A stretch of 20,000 bases of DNA from Lentisphaeria bacterium (GTDB taxonomy: Bacteria; Verrucomicrobiota; Lentisphaeria; JABSQK01; JAWLHB01): contig JAWLHB010000046.1 in NCBI GenBank assembly GCA_041690595.1, forward strand, positions 49,200 through 69,199. The letters run 5' to 3'. Positions within the stretch are counted from its first letter, which is position 1. Each line of letters starts with the position of its first letter. The translations under genes were made by a program, and so were the position numbers. Positions 9,334 through 18,493 of this stretch are shown here, in pieces. The notes under the pieces are model-generated. The model worked only from the letters and a program-made list of their open reading frames with translations. It did not search any database and was not told the DNA's origin.

Positions 9334-10095
9334 ATGTTCTCAACATACCCTCGTCGCATCGGCTCACGACCGCTGCCCTTTACGCTGATTGAACTGCTGG
9401 TGGTGGTGGCGATAATCGCCGTGCTCGCTTCGCTCCTGCTTCCGGCGCTTTCGCGCGCCCGCGTCATGGCCCACATGACCAAGTGTCGCAGCAACCTGCG
9501 GCAACTGGGCCTCTCCTACCAGATGTACATCCAGGACTACGGCGACCGTTTCTTTCCCGCCGAGATGGCGCTCCTCAACGATGCCGGCTCGATCAGTGAC
9601 GCCCGCAAAGGCACCTGGTTCGGCATGGCCGTTCACCGTACGCTGCTGAGCGACGGCTACATGGAAGGCAGACTCGAGTTCGCGGGAGCTACAGATGCCA
9701 GCAAAATCATCCGGTGCGAAGGCGCCATGCGCTGTCCCTCCGTCACCGACAATCAGCTATACAGCGTGGCACAGTCACCCATCGGCTACAACAGCTACCT
9801 TGGCATGAGCGCCCCCTTCTGGGCGGATCCCACCTACAACTGGCATGGCCAGTGGCCCATCCGCAACCACGGCGGCATTGCCCGCATTCACAATATCGAG
9901 AACACCGACAAGGTGCCCATCTTCTTCGACAGCATCTACAGCAACCGCCCCCCGCGCAAGCAGTGGCATTTCGGCTCCAACTATGCATCCGTACAGCGCC
10001 ACCCCGGCATCTACGACCTCAACCTCGTCTTCGTCGACGGCCACACCGATGCCTTTGGCGAAGCCCAATGGTATCGCGAAATCACCAGCTTCTGA
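9334..10095 (+). CDS. Prepilin-type N-terminal cleavage/methylation protein with C-terminal H-Xn-DG motif (DUF1559-like), 253 aa
   Basis: [28 protein letters not shown]...[16 protein letters not shown]...CPS...GYN...[16 protein letters not shown]. Confidence 0.92.
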   Translation: MFSTYPRRIGSRPLPFTLIELLVVVAIIAVLASLLLPALSRARVMAHMTKCRSNLRQLGLSYQMYIQDYGDRFFPAEMALLNDAGSISDARKGTWFGMAVHRTLLSDGYMEGRLEFAGATDASKIIRCEGAMRCPSVTDNQLYSVAQSPIGYNSYLGMSAPFWADPTYNWHGQWPIRNHGGIARIHNIENTDKVPIFFDSIYSNRPPRKQWHFGSNYASVQRHPGIYDLNLVFVDGHTDAFGEAQWYREITSF

Positions 10096-10122
10096 TCTGC
10101 AACACTCGACCCACGGAGTACC

Positions 10123-12432
10123 ATGCTTCTGCGTCTTATCCCCCTCCTTCTCTTTGTCGCCTGCGGCTCCCTGAGTGCCGCTCCATTGAGAATCGCCGAG
10201 AATGGAGAACCGAGGGTCTCCGTTGTGGTTGACCAGGCCGCTCTCGACCTCGACCTCAAGCAGCGCAATCCCGACGCGGAGCTGCTGATGCTGCGCTGGG
10301 CCGCCGATGACCTTGGCGAGTATCTCTCGCGCATCACAGGCGGCCAGGTCACGGTGGCGGCCGCGCCCGTTGAGGGCAGGATCCCCATCCATGTCGGCAA
10401 TGCGCCCGAGGAAGTCGCGCTCGGCGTGTCGAGCGAGTTCGGGGACGCCTGGGCACTGAGCATCACACCTGCTCGCATCGCTCTGGCCGGTGAATCCTCC
10501 CGAGCCGTCTATTATGCCGCCGCGCGATTCCTGCACGACTGTGGCGTCCGCTGGTACTCACCCGATTCCCTCGGTGAGATCGTGCCGTCCAAACCCGATC
10601 TCACCGTGGAGACTGGTCACCTTGAAGCCACTCCCAGCTTTCACACCCGCGGCTTGTGGGCTGACCGGCGATGGGCTTTGCGCAACGGGCTCGGCGGCCC
10701 GCAGATGGCCCAGGGACACGCCTTCGCCTCCTTCATGAGCAAGTTCAACGTTGACGAACACCCCGACTACTTCCCCATCATCAACGGCAAGGTCGTCAAG
10801 TACCAGGCCAACCTCTCCAACCCCGAAGTCGTCAAGCTCTTTGTCGACGGTCTTCGCGAGCGGTTGCGGAAGGGAACCAACTGGGCTGGAAACGGCGTCG
10901 CTATCGGCCCCGATGACGGCGCACTCCTCGACGAACGCCCCGAATCCATCGCCATGGACAGCGGCCGCATCGACCCCTTTCTTCAGGTCCGCTCCGGCAC
11001 CGACCGCTTCATCTCCTTCTGTAATCAGGTCGCGGGTGAGCTCGAAGCGGAGTTCCCGGAGGCTTATTTTGGCTTCTACGTCTACTCGAACCACAATCTC
11101 GCGCCCCAGACGGTGAAGCCGCACCGCCTGCTCTTCCCCATCGTCGCTCCCATCACCTACAATCGCTTTACCAGCATCGGCAATCCCATCGCCCCCACCT
11201 CCCCCTATCTCGAGGAGGTCATCAGGGCGTGGGTGGAGGTATCGCCGCGCATCGGCTGCTATCTCTACAACTTCAACCTCGCCGATACCGCCATGCCCTT
11301 TACCCGTACCCTCGCCTGGCGCCTGACCTTCCCCAGGCTCCATCAGTGGGGACTACGCTACGCCACCATCGAGTCCATGGACGACAACTGGCACTTCCAG
11401 ATCCCCGGCAACTACATCCTCAGCCGCATACTCTGGGACGTGACTACCGATGTCGATGCCCTTCTGGACGATTTCTATCCCACCTTCTATGGCCCGGCCG
11501 CCGCCCCCATGCGCCGCTACAACGAGGTGCTGGAAAACGCCTATGAGACAACGACCGCCTACGCCGGCAGCATCTGGTCCATCCACCGCATCCTCCATCC
11601 CGACGTGATGCAGGCCCTCCACGCCGCCCTGGCGGACGCCGAGGCAGCCGTCGTCGGCCAGGATCCCTACGCCCAGCGGGTGCGGATCACCCGCCACAGC
11701 CTCACCTTCGCCGATACCTGGCTCGCCGCCCGCGCCGCCTTCAACGAGGGGCGCCTCGCCGACGCTGCTGCCCAGGCCGCTGCCTTCAAGGCCAACTACG
11801 ATGCCGGTAGCGCTGCTTACCCCCGCTACATCGGCAAGCGGGCCTGGGGCTACTTTCGCGGCTACTTCAACGCTGCCTTCGAAGAGGCCGGCCGCCTTGC
11901 TCGCGAGAGCCGCATCATCGGCGCCTTCCCTGACAAATGGAAGGGCTTCATCGACAAGGACGGTGTCGGCGTGGCCGACGCCTTCTGGCATCCCGACCGC
12001 GATACCTCCAGCTGGATCACCCTGCGCACCCACACCGTCAGCCTCGACGAACAGGGCTTTCCCTTCTATCGCGGCGCCATCTGGTATCGCACTACCTTCG
12101 AGCTGCCCGAAGCCGAGCGCGACACCAGCCAGCTCCGCATCTGGATCGGCGGAATCGACGACTCCGCTCGCGTCTGGCTCAACGGGCAGGATCTGGGAAG
12201 CTACGGCCGCGGCAACTTCCCGCCGGTCGACGTCGACATCAGTGCTGCCGTCAACCGCGAGGGCACCAACACTCTCGCGATCATGGTGACCAATCATGGC
12301 ATCACCGAGCTTGGTACCGGCGGCATCATGCGTCCCGTATTCCTCCACGCCCCCTACGCTGAAGGCGAAGCCCCGCCCGACGCCATTCAGCAGGATCGCC
12401 CCCGCCCGCTCTTCGGCGGCGACATCGAGTAG
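10123..12432 (+). CDS. Secreted DUF4838-domain protein with C-terminal GH2-type sugar-binding (jelly-roll) domain, 769 aa
   Basis: Signal peptide; AADDLGEYLSRITG, GVRWY.P, PSFHTR, NLSNPEV, RILWD...LLDDFY..FYGPAAAPMRRY (DUF4838 pattern); C-terminal GAIWYRTTF...GGIDDSARVWLNG...NTLAIMV...GGIMRPVFL. Confidence 0.8.
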   Translation: MLLRLIPLLLFVACGSLSAAPLRIAENGEPRVSVVVDQAALDLDLKQRNPDAELLMLRWAADDLGEYLSRITGGQVTVAAAPVEGRIPIHVGNAPEEVALGVSSEFGDAWALSITPARIALAGESSRAVYYAAARFLHDCGVRWYSPDSLGEIVPSKPDLTVETGHLEATPSFHTRGLWADRRWALRNGLGGPQMAQGHAFASFMSKFNVDEHPDYFPIINGKVVKYQANLSNPEVVKLFVDGLRERLRKGTNWAGNGVAIGPDDGALLDERPESIAMDSGRIDPFLQVRSGTDRFISFCNQVAGELEAEFPEAYFGFYVYSNHNLAPQTVKPHRLLFPIVAPITYNRFTSIGNPIAPTSPYLEEVIRAWVEVSPRIGCYLYNFNLADTAMPFTRTLAWRLTFPRLHQWGLRYATIESMDDNWHFQIPGNYILSRILWDVTTDVDALLDDFYPTFYGPAAAPMRRYNEVLENAYETTTAYAGSIWSIHRILHPDVMQALHAALADAEAAVVGQDPYAQRVRITRHSLTFADTWLAARAAFNEGRLADAAAQAAAFKANYDAGSAAYPRYIGKRAWGYFRGYFNAAFEEAGRLARESRIIGAFPDKWKGFIDKDGVGVADAFWHPDRDTSSWITLRTHTVSLDEQGFPFYRGAIWYRTTFELPEAERDTSQLRIWIGGIDDSARVWLNGQDLGSYGRGNFPPVDVDISAAVNREGTNTLAIMVTNHGITELGTGGIMRPVFLHAPYAEGEAPPDAIQQDRPRPLFGGDIE

Positions 12433-12501
12433 CCCCTCCCATGGGGCTGGAACCACCGTGAAGGAGCGCGGGCAAAGGGAGCGCAAAGGGAGCAGGGACG
12501 G

Positions 12502-12529
12502 TTGCACTTCAGAGGAATCGGGGTATCTT
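12502..12529 (+). promoter_or_regulatory. Candidate sigma70-type promoter for grpE-dnaJ
   Basis: TTGCAC-16 bp-TATCTT followed by an AT-rich stretch (atttttcataaat). Confidence 0.4.
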
Positions 12530-12692
12530 TACCACTTGCCATTTTTCATAAATCGATCAGCCGGTAAGTACCGGCCGCACAGCACGCAGCCGCGGGAATG
12601 ACGATCGCGGCTGTCAAGGCGGCACCCGAAGCCGCGGTGTGCGCTTGCCCATAGAACCTCAGGTAGACTTGCAACAGGAGCTTTCCAGCGCC

Positions 12693-13301
12693 ATGAGCGA
12701 CAAGAAAGAGTCCAACTTGAACCAGCCGGAAGAATCGGCCGCGGAAGACCAGACGCGCGAACTGGACCTTGCGGAGAATGACGAGGAACTGATTCTCGAT
12801 GCCGATGAGACGGCTGAAGCTCCCGAAAATGAAATCGCCAGACTGCAGAATGACTTGGCCGACGCGCGTGACAAGATCCTGCGCGCCCGAGCCGAATTCG
12901 ACAATTATCGCAAACGCATGCAGCGCGATATCGCCGATGCGCGTACCGCCGCCCGGATCGGCACCATCGAGGATATCCTGCCCGTTGTCGATCACTTCCA
13001 GATGGCCATGAACCATGCCAACGAAAAGGGCGACTATGCCACTCTCAAGCAGGGCATGGACATGATCCTCATGGAGCTCGAACGCGTCTTCGAGAACCTC
13101 GGCATCGAAAAAATCCCGACCGTCGGCGAGACCTTTGATCCCAACCTGCACGAAGCCATCTCCACGCAGCCATCCGAGGAAGCCGCCGAGGGCGTCATCC
13201 TGAGCGAATGGAAAAGCGGCTATCGCCTCGGCGACCGCGTTCTGCGGGCACCAAGTGTGGTCGTCAGCAGCGGCCCCGCCCAGGAGACGGAGAACGACTA
13301 G
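12693..13301 (+). CDS. grpE: Nucleotide exchange factor GrpE, 202 aa
   Basis: LRARAEFDNYRKR, ILPVVDHF, FDPNLHEAI, GYRLGDRVLR. ATG 12693 with CAGGAG at 12675-12680 is preferred over GTG 12639. Confidence 0.97.
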   Translation: MSDKKESNLNQPEESAAEDQTRELDLAENDEELILDADETAEAPENEIARLQNDLADARDKILRARAEFDNYRKRMQRDIADARTAARIGTIEDILPVVDHFQMAMNHANEKGDYATLKQGMDMILMELERVFENLGIEKIPTVGETFDPNLHEAISTQPSEEAAEGVILSEWKSGYRLGDRVLRAPSVVVSSGPAQETEND

Positions 13302-13325
13302 CCCCCAAGTCCCCCTTATATAACT

Positions 13326-14474
13326 ATGGCGACAGATTTTTACGAGGCTCTCGGCGTGGCACGAAACGCCAGCGCTGACGACATCAAGAAGGCGTACCGC
13401 AAGCAGGCGCTTAAGTACCACCCCGACCGCAATCCGGGCGACCACGCGGCCGAAGACAAGTTCAAGGAAGTCTCGCAGGCGTACGAAGTCCTTCGCGACG
13501 GCGAGAAGCGCCAGATGTACGATCAGGTCGGCCATGATGCCTTCATGAGGGCAGGGCGTGGCGCCCAGAACGGTCAAGGCGGCTTCGGCGGCGACCCCTT
13601 CGATATTCTCAGCCAGGTCTTCGGCATGGACGATCTCTTCGGCGGTCGGCGCCGTGGCGGCGGTCGCTCCGCCAGTCGTCCAGGCTCGGATCTGCGCTAC
13701 CAGATGGTGCTCGATTTCGAAGAGGCCGTCTTCGGCACCGAGAAAGAAATCGAGTTCGACAAACCGGACCATTGCGATGTCTGCAAAGGGCAGGGGACCG
13801 AACCGGGCACCAGCCGGCGCACCTGCCCGACCTGCGGCGGCAGCGGCATGATCTCCCTCTCCCAAGGCTTCTTCAATCTCCGCCAGGAGTGCTCCTCCTG
13901 TTCGGGCACTGGCGAGATCGTCGAGAAGCCGTGCCGAAACTGTCAGGGGCAGGGGCGCGTGCGCAAGCACACCAAGCTGCGCATCCGGGTTCCGGCCGGT
14001 GTCGATACCGGCATGCAGCGCCGGGTCTCCGGCGAAGGCGAAGCCGGCGCTCGCGGCGGTCCGAACGGCGACCTCTACATCGCCTTCAACGTGCGTGAGC
14101 ATGATGTCTTCAAGCGCGAAGGCACCGACGTCATGATCGATGTGCCCATCGACTTTCCGACGGCCGCACTCGGTGGCGTCATCGAGGTGCCCACCCTGCA
14201 CGGTCCAGAGGAGCTGAAGATACCCGCCGGCACCCAGAGCGGCTCCGTCTTCCATCTGCGCGGCAAGGGCATACCTTCCGTGCACCGCGGGGAACGCCAG
14301 GGCGACCAGCACGTACGTGTCGTTGTCGAAGTGCCACGCAACCTCAATCGCGAGCAGAAAGAGAAGCTCCGCGAGTTTGCGGAATGCTGCAACAACAGCA
14401 GTGTCAATCCCCTCATGGAGTCGTTTCTCGACAAGGTGAAGAACCTCTTCAAGAGCAGCGACCAGAAGAACTGA
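13326..14474 (+). CDS. dnaJ: Molecular chaperone DnaJ (class A), 382 aa
   Basis: J domain with HPD, G/F-rich region, four CxxCxGxG repeats ([32 protein letters not shown]) and a C-terminal domain. Confidence 0.98.
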   Translation: MATDFYEALGVARNASADDIKKAYRKQALKYHPDRNPGDHAAEDKFKEVSQAYEVLRDGEKRQMYDQVGHDAFMRAGRGAQNGQGGFGGDPFDILSQVFGMDDLFGGRRRGGGRSASRPGSDLRYQMVLDFEEAVFGTEKEIEFDKPDHCDVCKGQGTEPGTSRRTCPTCGGSGMISLSQGFFNLRQECSSCSGTGEIVEKPCRNCQGQGRVRKHTKLRIRVPAGVDTGMQRRVSGEGEAGARGGPNGDLYIAFNVREHDVFKREGTDVMIDVPIDFPTAALGGVIEVPTLHGPEELKIPAGTQSGSVFHLRGKGIPSVHRGERQGDQHVRVVVEVPRNLNREQKEKLREFAECCNNSSVNPLMESFLDKVKNLFKSSDQKN

Positions 14475-14507
14475 TCCGCGCAATAGCCCAACCACGAAAG
14501 GGACGCC

Positions 14508-15434
14508 ATGGCCAAGACTTATCTCGTCACCGGCGGCGCCGGTTTCATCGGTTCACACCTTGTCGAAGCCCTGGTCGAGCGGGGCGATGAGGTCATCGTC
14601 TACGACAACCTTTCCTCGGGTTACGAACGCAACCTGGCCCCCTTCCGCGACCGGATCCGCTTCATCCAGGCGGATGTGCGGGATGAGGCCGCCCTGGCCA
14701 AAGCAATGGCCAGCGTCGATTTCGTCTTCCACGAGGCAGCCCTGGTTTCTGTTTTCGATTCTGTCGAACGGCCACTCGACAACCATGCCATCAACCTGAC
14801 AGGTACGTTGAATATCCTGGAAGCAGCCCGCGCCGCCGGGGTCAGGCGGCTGGTCATGGCGAGCACCGCCGCCGCCTACGGCAACAATCCGCAACTGCCC
14901 AAGCAGGAGACCATGCGCCCGGAGCCGGCTTCGCCGTACGGCGCCGCCAAGGTCGCCAGCGAGTACTACCTCCAGATCTATGCCGCCCTCTATGGCGTGG
15001 AGACAGTGATTCTGCGCTACTTCAACGTCTACGGTCCGCGCCAGGATCCGGGGAGCATGTATTCGGGCGTCATCTCGAAGTTTGCCGACATGCTGCGCAA
15101 GGGGGCCACGCCCACCATCTTCGGCGACGGCCTGCAGACGCGCGACTTCGTCTTCGTCAAGGACGTCGTCCAGGGAAATCTCAAGGCGATGGATACCCCC
15201 GGCGTCGGCCGCGGCGAAGTCTTCAATATCGCCACCAGCACGGAGACCACCCTCCTGCATCTTCTGGAAACCATGATGGAACTGACCGGCACGCACCGTG
15301 ATCCGCTCTTCAAGGAGGCCCGCCTCGGTGACATCCGCTTCTCGGTGGCCGATATCTCTGCCGCCCGTCAGCACCTCGGGTATGAGCCTCGCTTCGACAT
15401 CCGCGCCGGTCTCGAGCAGCTGCTCGGGGCATGA
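14508..15434 (+). CDS. NAD-dependent epimerase/dehydratase (extended SDR, UDP-sugar 4-epimerase-like), 308 aa
   Basis: TGGAGFIG, SPYGAAK (YxxxK), LRYFNVYGPRQD, GDGLQTRDF. Confidence 0.93.
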   Translation: MAKTYLVTGGAGFIGSHLVEALVERGDEVIVYDNLSSGYERNLAPFRDRIRFIQADVRDEAALAKAMASVDFVFHEAALVSVFDSVERPLDNHAINLTGTLNILEAARAAGVRRLVMASTAAAYGNNPQLPKQETMRPEPASPYGAAKVASEYYLQIYAALYGVETVILRYFNVYGPRQDPGSMYSGVISKFADMLRKGATPTIFGDGLQTRDFVFVKDVVQGNLKAMDTPGVGRGEVFNIATSTETTLLHLLETMMELTGTHRDPLFKEARLGDIRFSVADISAARQHLGYEPRFDIRAGLEQLLGA

Positions 15435-15452
15435 CGTGCTGAAGGAGGCTGC

Positions 15453-16190
15453 ATGTCCGTACGGATTCTCACGCACAATGTCTACTGGTTTCAGGGAAGC
15501 CCCTCCCGATGGGGCGGAGAGAGAGTTGCCGCGGTGCCGGAGGTTGTCGATGGATTGACGGAGCTCTATGCCGATGCCCACGCCGATCTGCTCTGCCTGC
15601 AGGAGGTGCACCAGGCCGAACTCGTCGACGAGCTGGCTGCCAGACTTACCATGCCCACGGGGCTGCACGCCCGCGGCGGCAGGCAGCACGACTATGGCGG
15701 CGCGATACTGGGGCGTGATGTGGCGAACCTTCGCGATCTGACATGCAACAGCGCCGCGCACGAACGTGTCCATCTGCGCGCATCCCTGAAGCTGGCTGGA
15801 TCCAGCATCGAGTTGGCCATGATTCACCTGCCGAGCAATCGCTTCGCTGCTTCCGAGGCGGCAGGTGAAGCCGCCAGAGTCGCCGAACTGCAGCGAGCGG
15901 TGACCTTCTCTCCCCGGGCGCGGATACTCGTCGGCGACTTGAACTGCGCGCCCGGCAGCGTCCCCTATCGGTTCATGATCGCCTCCGGATACATCGACGC
16001 CGCCACCCTGGCGGGAGGCAACGCCCCCGAGCAGGAGAACATCCGCGACTACATCTGGGTCGACAAGCAGATCGTCGGTCAGGTTACCGCCTTCCAAATT
16101 CTGGATGGCGGCCGCTTCCAACGCGTTGACGCGGATGGTCAAACCTGGTCATTGAGCGATCATCCCCCCTTGGCCATCGACTTGCGGTGA
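15453..16190 (+). CDS. Endonuclease/exonuclease/phosphatase (EEP) family protein, 245 aa
   Basis: ILTHNV, DLLCLQEV, IHL, GDLN, DYIW and SDH catalytic motifs; GGAGG RBS. Confidence 0.9.
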   Translation: MSVRILTHNVYWFQGSPSRWGGERVAAVPEVVDGLTELYADAHADLLCLQEVHQAELVDELAARLTMPTGLHARGGRQHDYGGAILGRDVANLRDLTCNSAAHERVHLRASLKLAGSSIELAMIHLPSNRFAASEAAGEAARVAELQRAVTFSPRARILVGDLNCAPGSVPYRFMIASGYIDAATLAGGNAPEQENIRDYIWVDKQIVGQVTAFQILDGGRFQRVDADGQTWSLSDHPPLAIDLR

Positions 16191-16379
16191 ATGCGGGGAC
16201 GCGGGGACAGCTATGGTCGCCCACAGGTCGCAAGACCAAAAGCCCCGGACACATCATCCCCGAGTTCCGCCTCAGAAATGACGGGGGCCGCCGGTCTGCC
16301 TTTACTTGGCGATAACTCCTGGCGTAGGTTGTAGGAAACTCGGCGCGATGCCGACATTCCTTACCCTGTCAGGAGACGG

Positions 16380-17942
16380 ATGATGATAAATGCGACCTTG
16401 AGAATGTTGCCGTTGATGGCCCTTCTGCTATTGCTGGCAGGTTGTCAGACCGAAGTGATCCCCATACAGGGAACCGCGCAACCGCGCACCCTGGTGATGG
16501 ATATGCCGGAGATCGTGGTGCCGCCGCCCAGCGCCGAGGCGGCCTGGGTACCCGAGGGCTATCGAGCAGAGATTGTGGTGCATGGGCTGATCTATCCCAC
16601 CAGCGTAGATGGCGATCCCGACGGCAATCTCTACATTGCCGAAGCGGGATGGATCTATGGCGACCCCATGGCCCAGCCGCGCCTGCTCCGGATCTCGCCC
16701 GATGGGCAGCTGACGGTTCTGAGCGAGGAACTGGTTGGCCCTGTCAATGACATCCTCTGGCATCAGGATCGACTGCTGATCTCTCATCGCGGCAAGATCT
16801 CCCAATGGCGCGATGGCGTCATCACCCATCTGGTTACCGGCCTTCCGAGTCTCGGGGACCACCAGAACAACCAGTTGGCAATTGGGCCGGAAGGGATGGT
16901 CTACTTCGGGCAGGGGACGGTGACCAACTCCGGCGTGCCGGGCATGGACAGCTTCGTCATGGGCTGGCTCAAGAAGTACCCGAAGCTTCATGATATCCCC
17001 GCCCGCGACATTGCCCTACGGGGAGTCGAGTACCTCTCGCCCAACCCCTTCGTCGCAACCATCAAAGGCGAGCCGATCATGGCGGTAACCCAACCCTTCT
17101 CCCCATTCGGCACCAACGAGGGGGCGCGGACCATCCCCGGCGAGGTGAAAGCGAACGGCACCATCCTTCGTTTTCCACTGGAAAACCCCGATGCACTCGA
17201 CGTTTATGCATGGGGACTCCGCAATCCTTTCGGCATCGCCTGGACTCCGCGAGGGCTCCTGGTGGCCGAGAATGGATTTGACGATCGCGGTACCCGCCCC
17301 GTTGCCAATGCACCGGACACGCTGTGGCTGATCCGTCAGGGCGCCTGGTATGGATGGCCCGACTACGCGTCCGGAATCCCCGTCACCGACCAGCGATTCG
17401 TCCCCTATGGCAAGGAGGGGCCAGAATTTCTGATGGCCAACCATCCGCCTGTGGAAAGCCCCTTCCTGACACGACCCGAGCACGTATCCGTCGCCAAGCT
17501 CGCCCTCTCTCCTGGCGGCTCTTTCGGCTATGACGGCCACATCTTCATGGCCGAGTTCGGCGACATGGCACCACTCAGTGGCATTCTCGATGAGCAGCGC
17601 GGCCGGGATGTCGTGCGCATCGACCCGATGACCAAGAAGGTCGAGCCCTTCTTTCACGTCCGCAAAGGCTCCCTTGGCCCGGATCCCGCCACCCAGGACC
17701 TCGAGACCCCCGGTCCGCGTCGCCCCCTCGACGTCTATTTCGATCCCCAGGGCCGGGCCCTCTACATCGTCGACTTGGGCGCCTTCGGCATGATGCACAC
17801 CTCCGCCCCCACGGTTCATGCCGTCCCTGGCACGGGTATCCTCTGGCGTGTGATACCGGATGGCATCGACGACCTCCTGCCTGCCGGCAATCTCCAGATC
17901 ACCCCCGTCCTCACCCGAAATCTCCCACAACCCTCCCGTTGA
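16380..17942 (+). CDS. Glucose/sorbosone dehydrogenase-like (PQQ-type beta-propeller) lipoprotein, 520 aa
   Basis: Lipobox LAG|C22; PEGYRAEIVVHGL.YPT, GLPSLGDHQ, GQGTVTNSG, AWGLRNPFG, NGFDDRGTRP, WYGWPDY; AGGAG RBS. Confidence 0.85.
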   Translation: MMINATLRMLPLMALLLLLAGCQTEVIPIQGTAQPRTLVMDMPEIVVPPPSAEAAWVPEGYRAEIVVHGLIYPTSVDGDPDGNLYIAEAGWIYGDPMAQPRLLRISPDGQLTVLSEELVGPVNDILWHQDRLLISHRGKISQWRDGVITHLVTGLPSLGDHQNNQLAIGPEGMVYFGQGTVTNSGVPGMDSFVMGWLKKYPKLHDIPARDIALRGVEYLSPNPFVATIKGEPIMAVTQPFSPFGTNEGARTIPGEVKANGTILRFPLENPDALDVYAWGLRNPFGIAWTPRGLLVAENGFDDRGTRPVANAPDTLWLIRQGAWYGWPDYASGIPVTDQRFVPYGKEGPEFLMANHPPVESPFLTRPEHVSVAKLALSPGGSFGYDGHIFMAEFGDMAPLSGILDEQRGRDVVRIDPMTKKVEPFFHVRKGSLGPDPATQDLETPGPRRPLDVYFDPQGRALYIVDLGAFGMMHTSAPTVHAVPGTGILWRVIPDGIDDLLPAGNLQITPVLTRNLPQPSR

Positions 17943-18089
17943 TCCGGCCGTCTGGTCGGCTCGCATTACCGGCATCGAGACGAAATTCCTGAATGGGGTG
18001 GAAGAAATATGGCGAATGGCCGATGCGGATGATAACTTCGGTATAATGCATCCGTTGCCATTCTCCATCACAGAGCCAAAGGACAATCC

Positions 18090-18446
18090 ATGAGCAGGAT
18101 CAGGATGGTCGTCATGGGGCTGGCGCTGGGCCAGTTGTTGTGGTGGTCGTACCTCTTTTGGTTTAAGCTGGATTCGGGGGGAGTACCAGCCTTCATGCTG
18201 GCGCCCCCAATCGTGACGCTCCTGGCGGTGGCCTTGAATCAGCGCCTGCTTGCATTGTTCGCCATCTTTCTGCAGTTGATGGTGCTGGGATTGGTGGCCT
18301 GGATGGTGATTCGCGGCTTGCTGTCGGAGGGCGAGGCACTGGAAGGGGCAATATTCATGCTTTATCTGCTGGTCGTGCCTGTGTCGGTGCCGGTAATCCT
18401 CAATGTCATCGGTTTGTACCTATTTCGAAACTGGGATGTCAGCTAA
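18090..18446 (+). CDS. Small hypothetical membrane protein (about 4 TM helices), 118 aa
   Basis: Four hydrophobic stretches; AAGGA upstream; a perfect TATAAT at 18042-18047; stop TAA lies inside AGCTAAC. Confidence 0.7.
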   Translation: MSRIRMVVMGLALGQLLWWSYLFWFKLDSGGVPAFMLAPPIVTLLAVALNQRLLALFAIFLQLMVLGLVAWMVIRGLLSEGEALEGAIFMLYLLVVPVSVPVILNVIGLYLFRNWDVS

Positions 18447-18493
18447 CGACGGTGATCTTGCTGCTACGAGGAAGGCTTTCGAGGTGATCGAAT

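Noticed and set aside
12431..12500. Hairpin AGCCCC/GGGGCT and short repeat GCAAAGGGAGC x2 as terminator or repeat array
   Set aside because: No U-tract after the stem; only two short copies with no spacers.
12433..12692. CIRCE element or 6S/SRP RNA upstream of grpE
   Set aside because: TTGCACTTC only partly resembles a CIRCE half-site and has no partner. GGCACCC alone does not support 6S, and the SRP core motif is absent.
12546..14495. 649-aa minus-strand ORF
   Set aside because: Antisense shadow of grpE-dnaJ, expected from high-GC codon bias; no recognisable motifs.
3152..16142. Other long minus-strand ORFs (3152-4819, 6135-7895, 8460-9494, 11353-12507, 14553-16142)
   Set aside because: Each mirrors a well-supported plus-strand gene and lacks family motifs.
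17860..18093. 77-aa ORF overlapping the dehydrogenase 3' end
   Set aside because: Out-of-frame overlap, no clear RBS or motif, and it spans a likely promoter.
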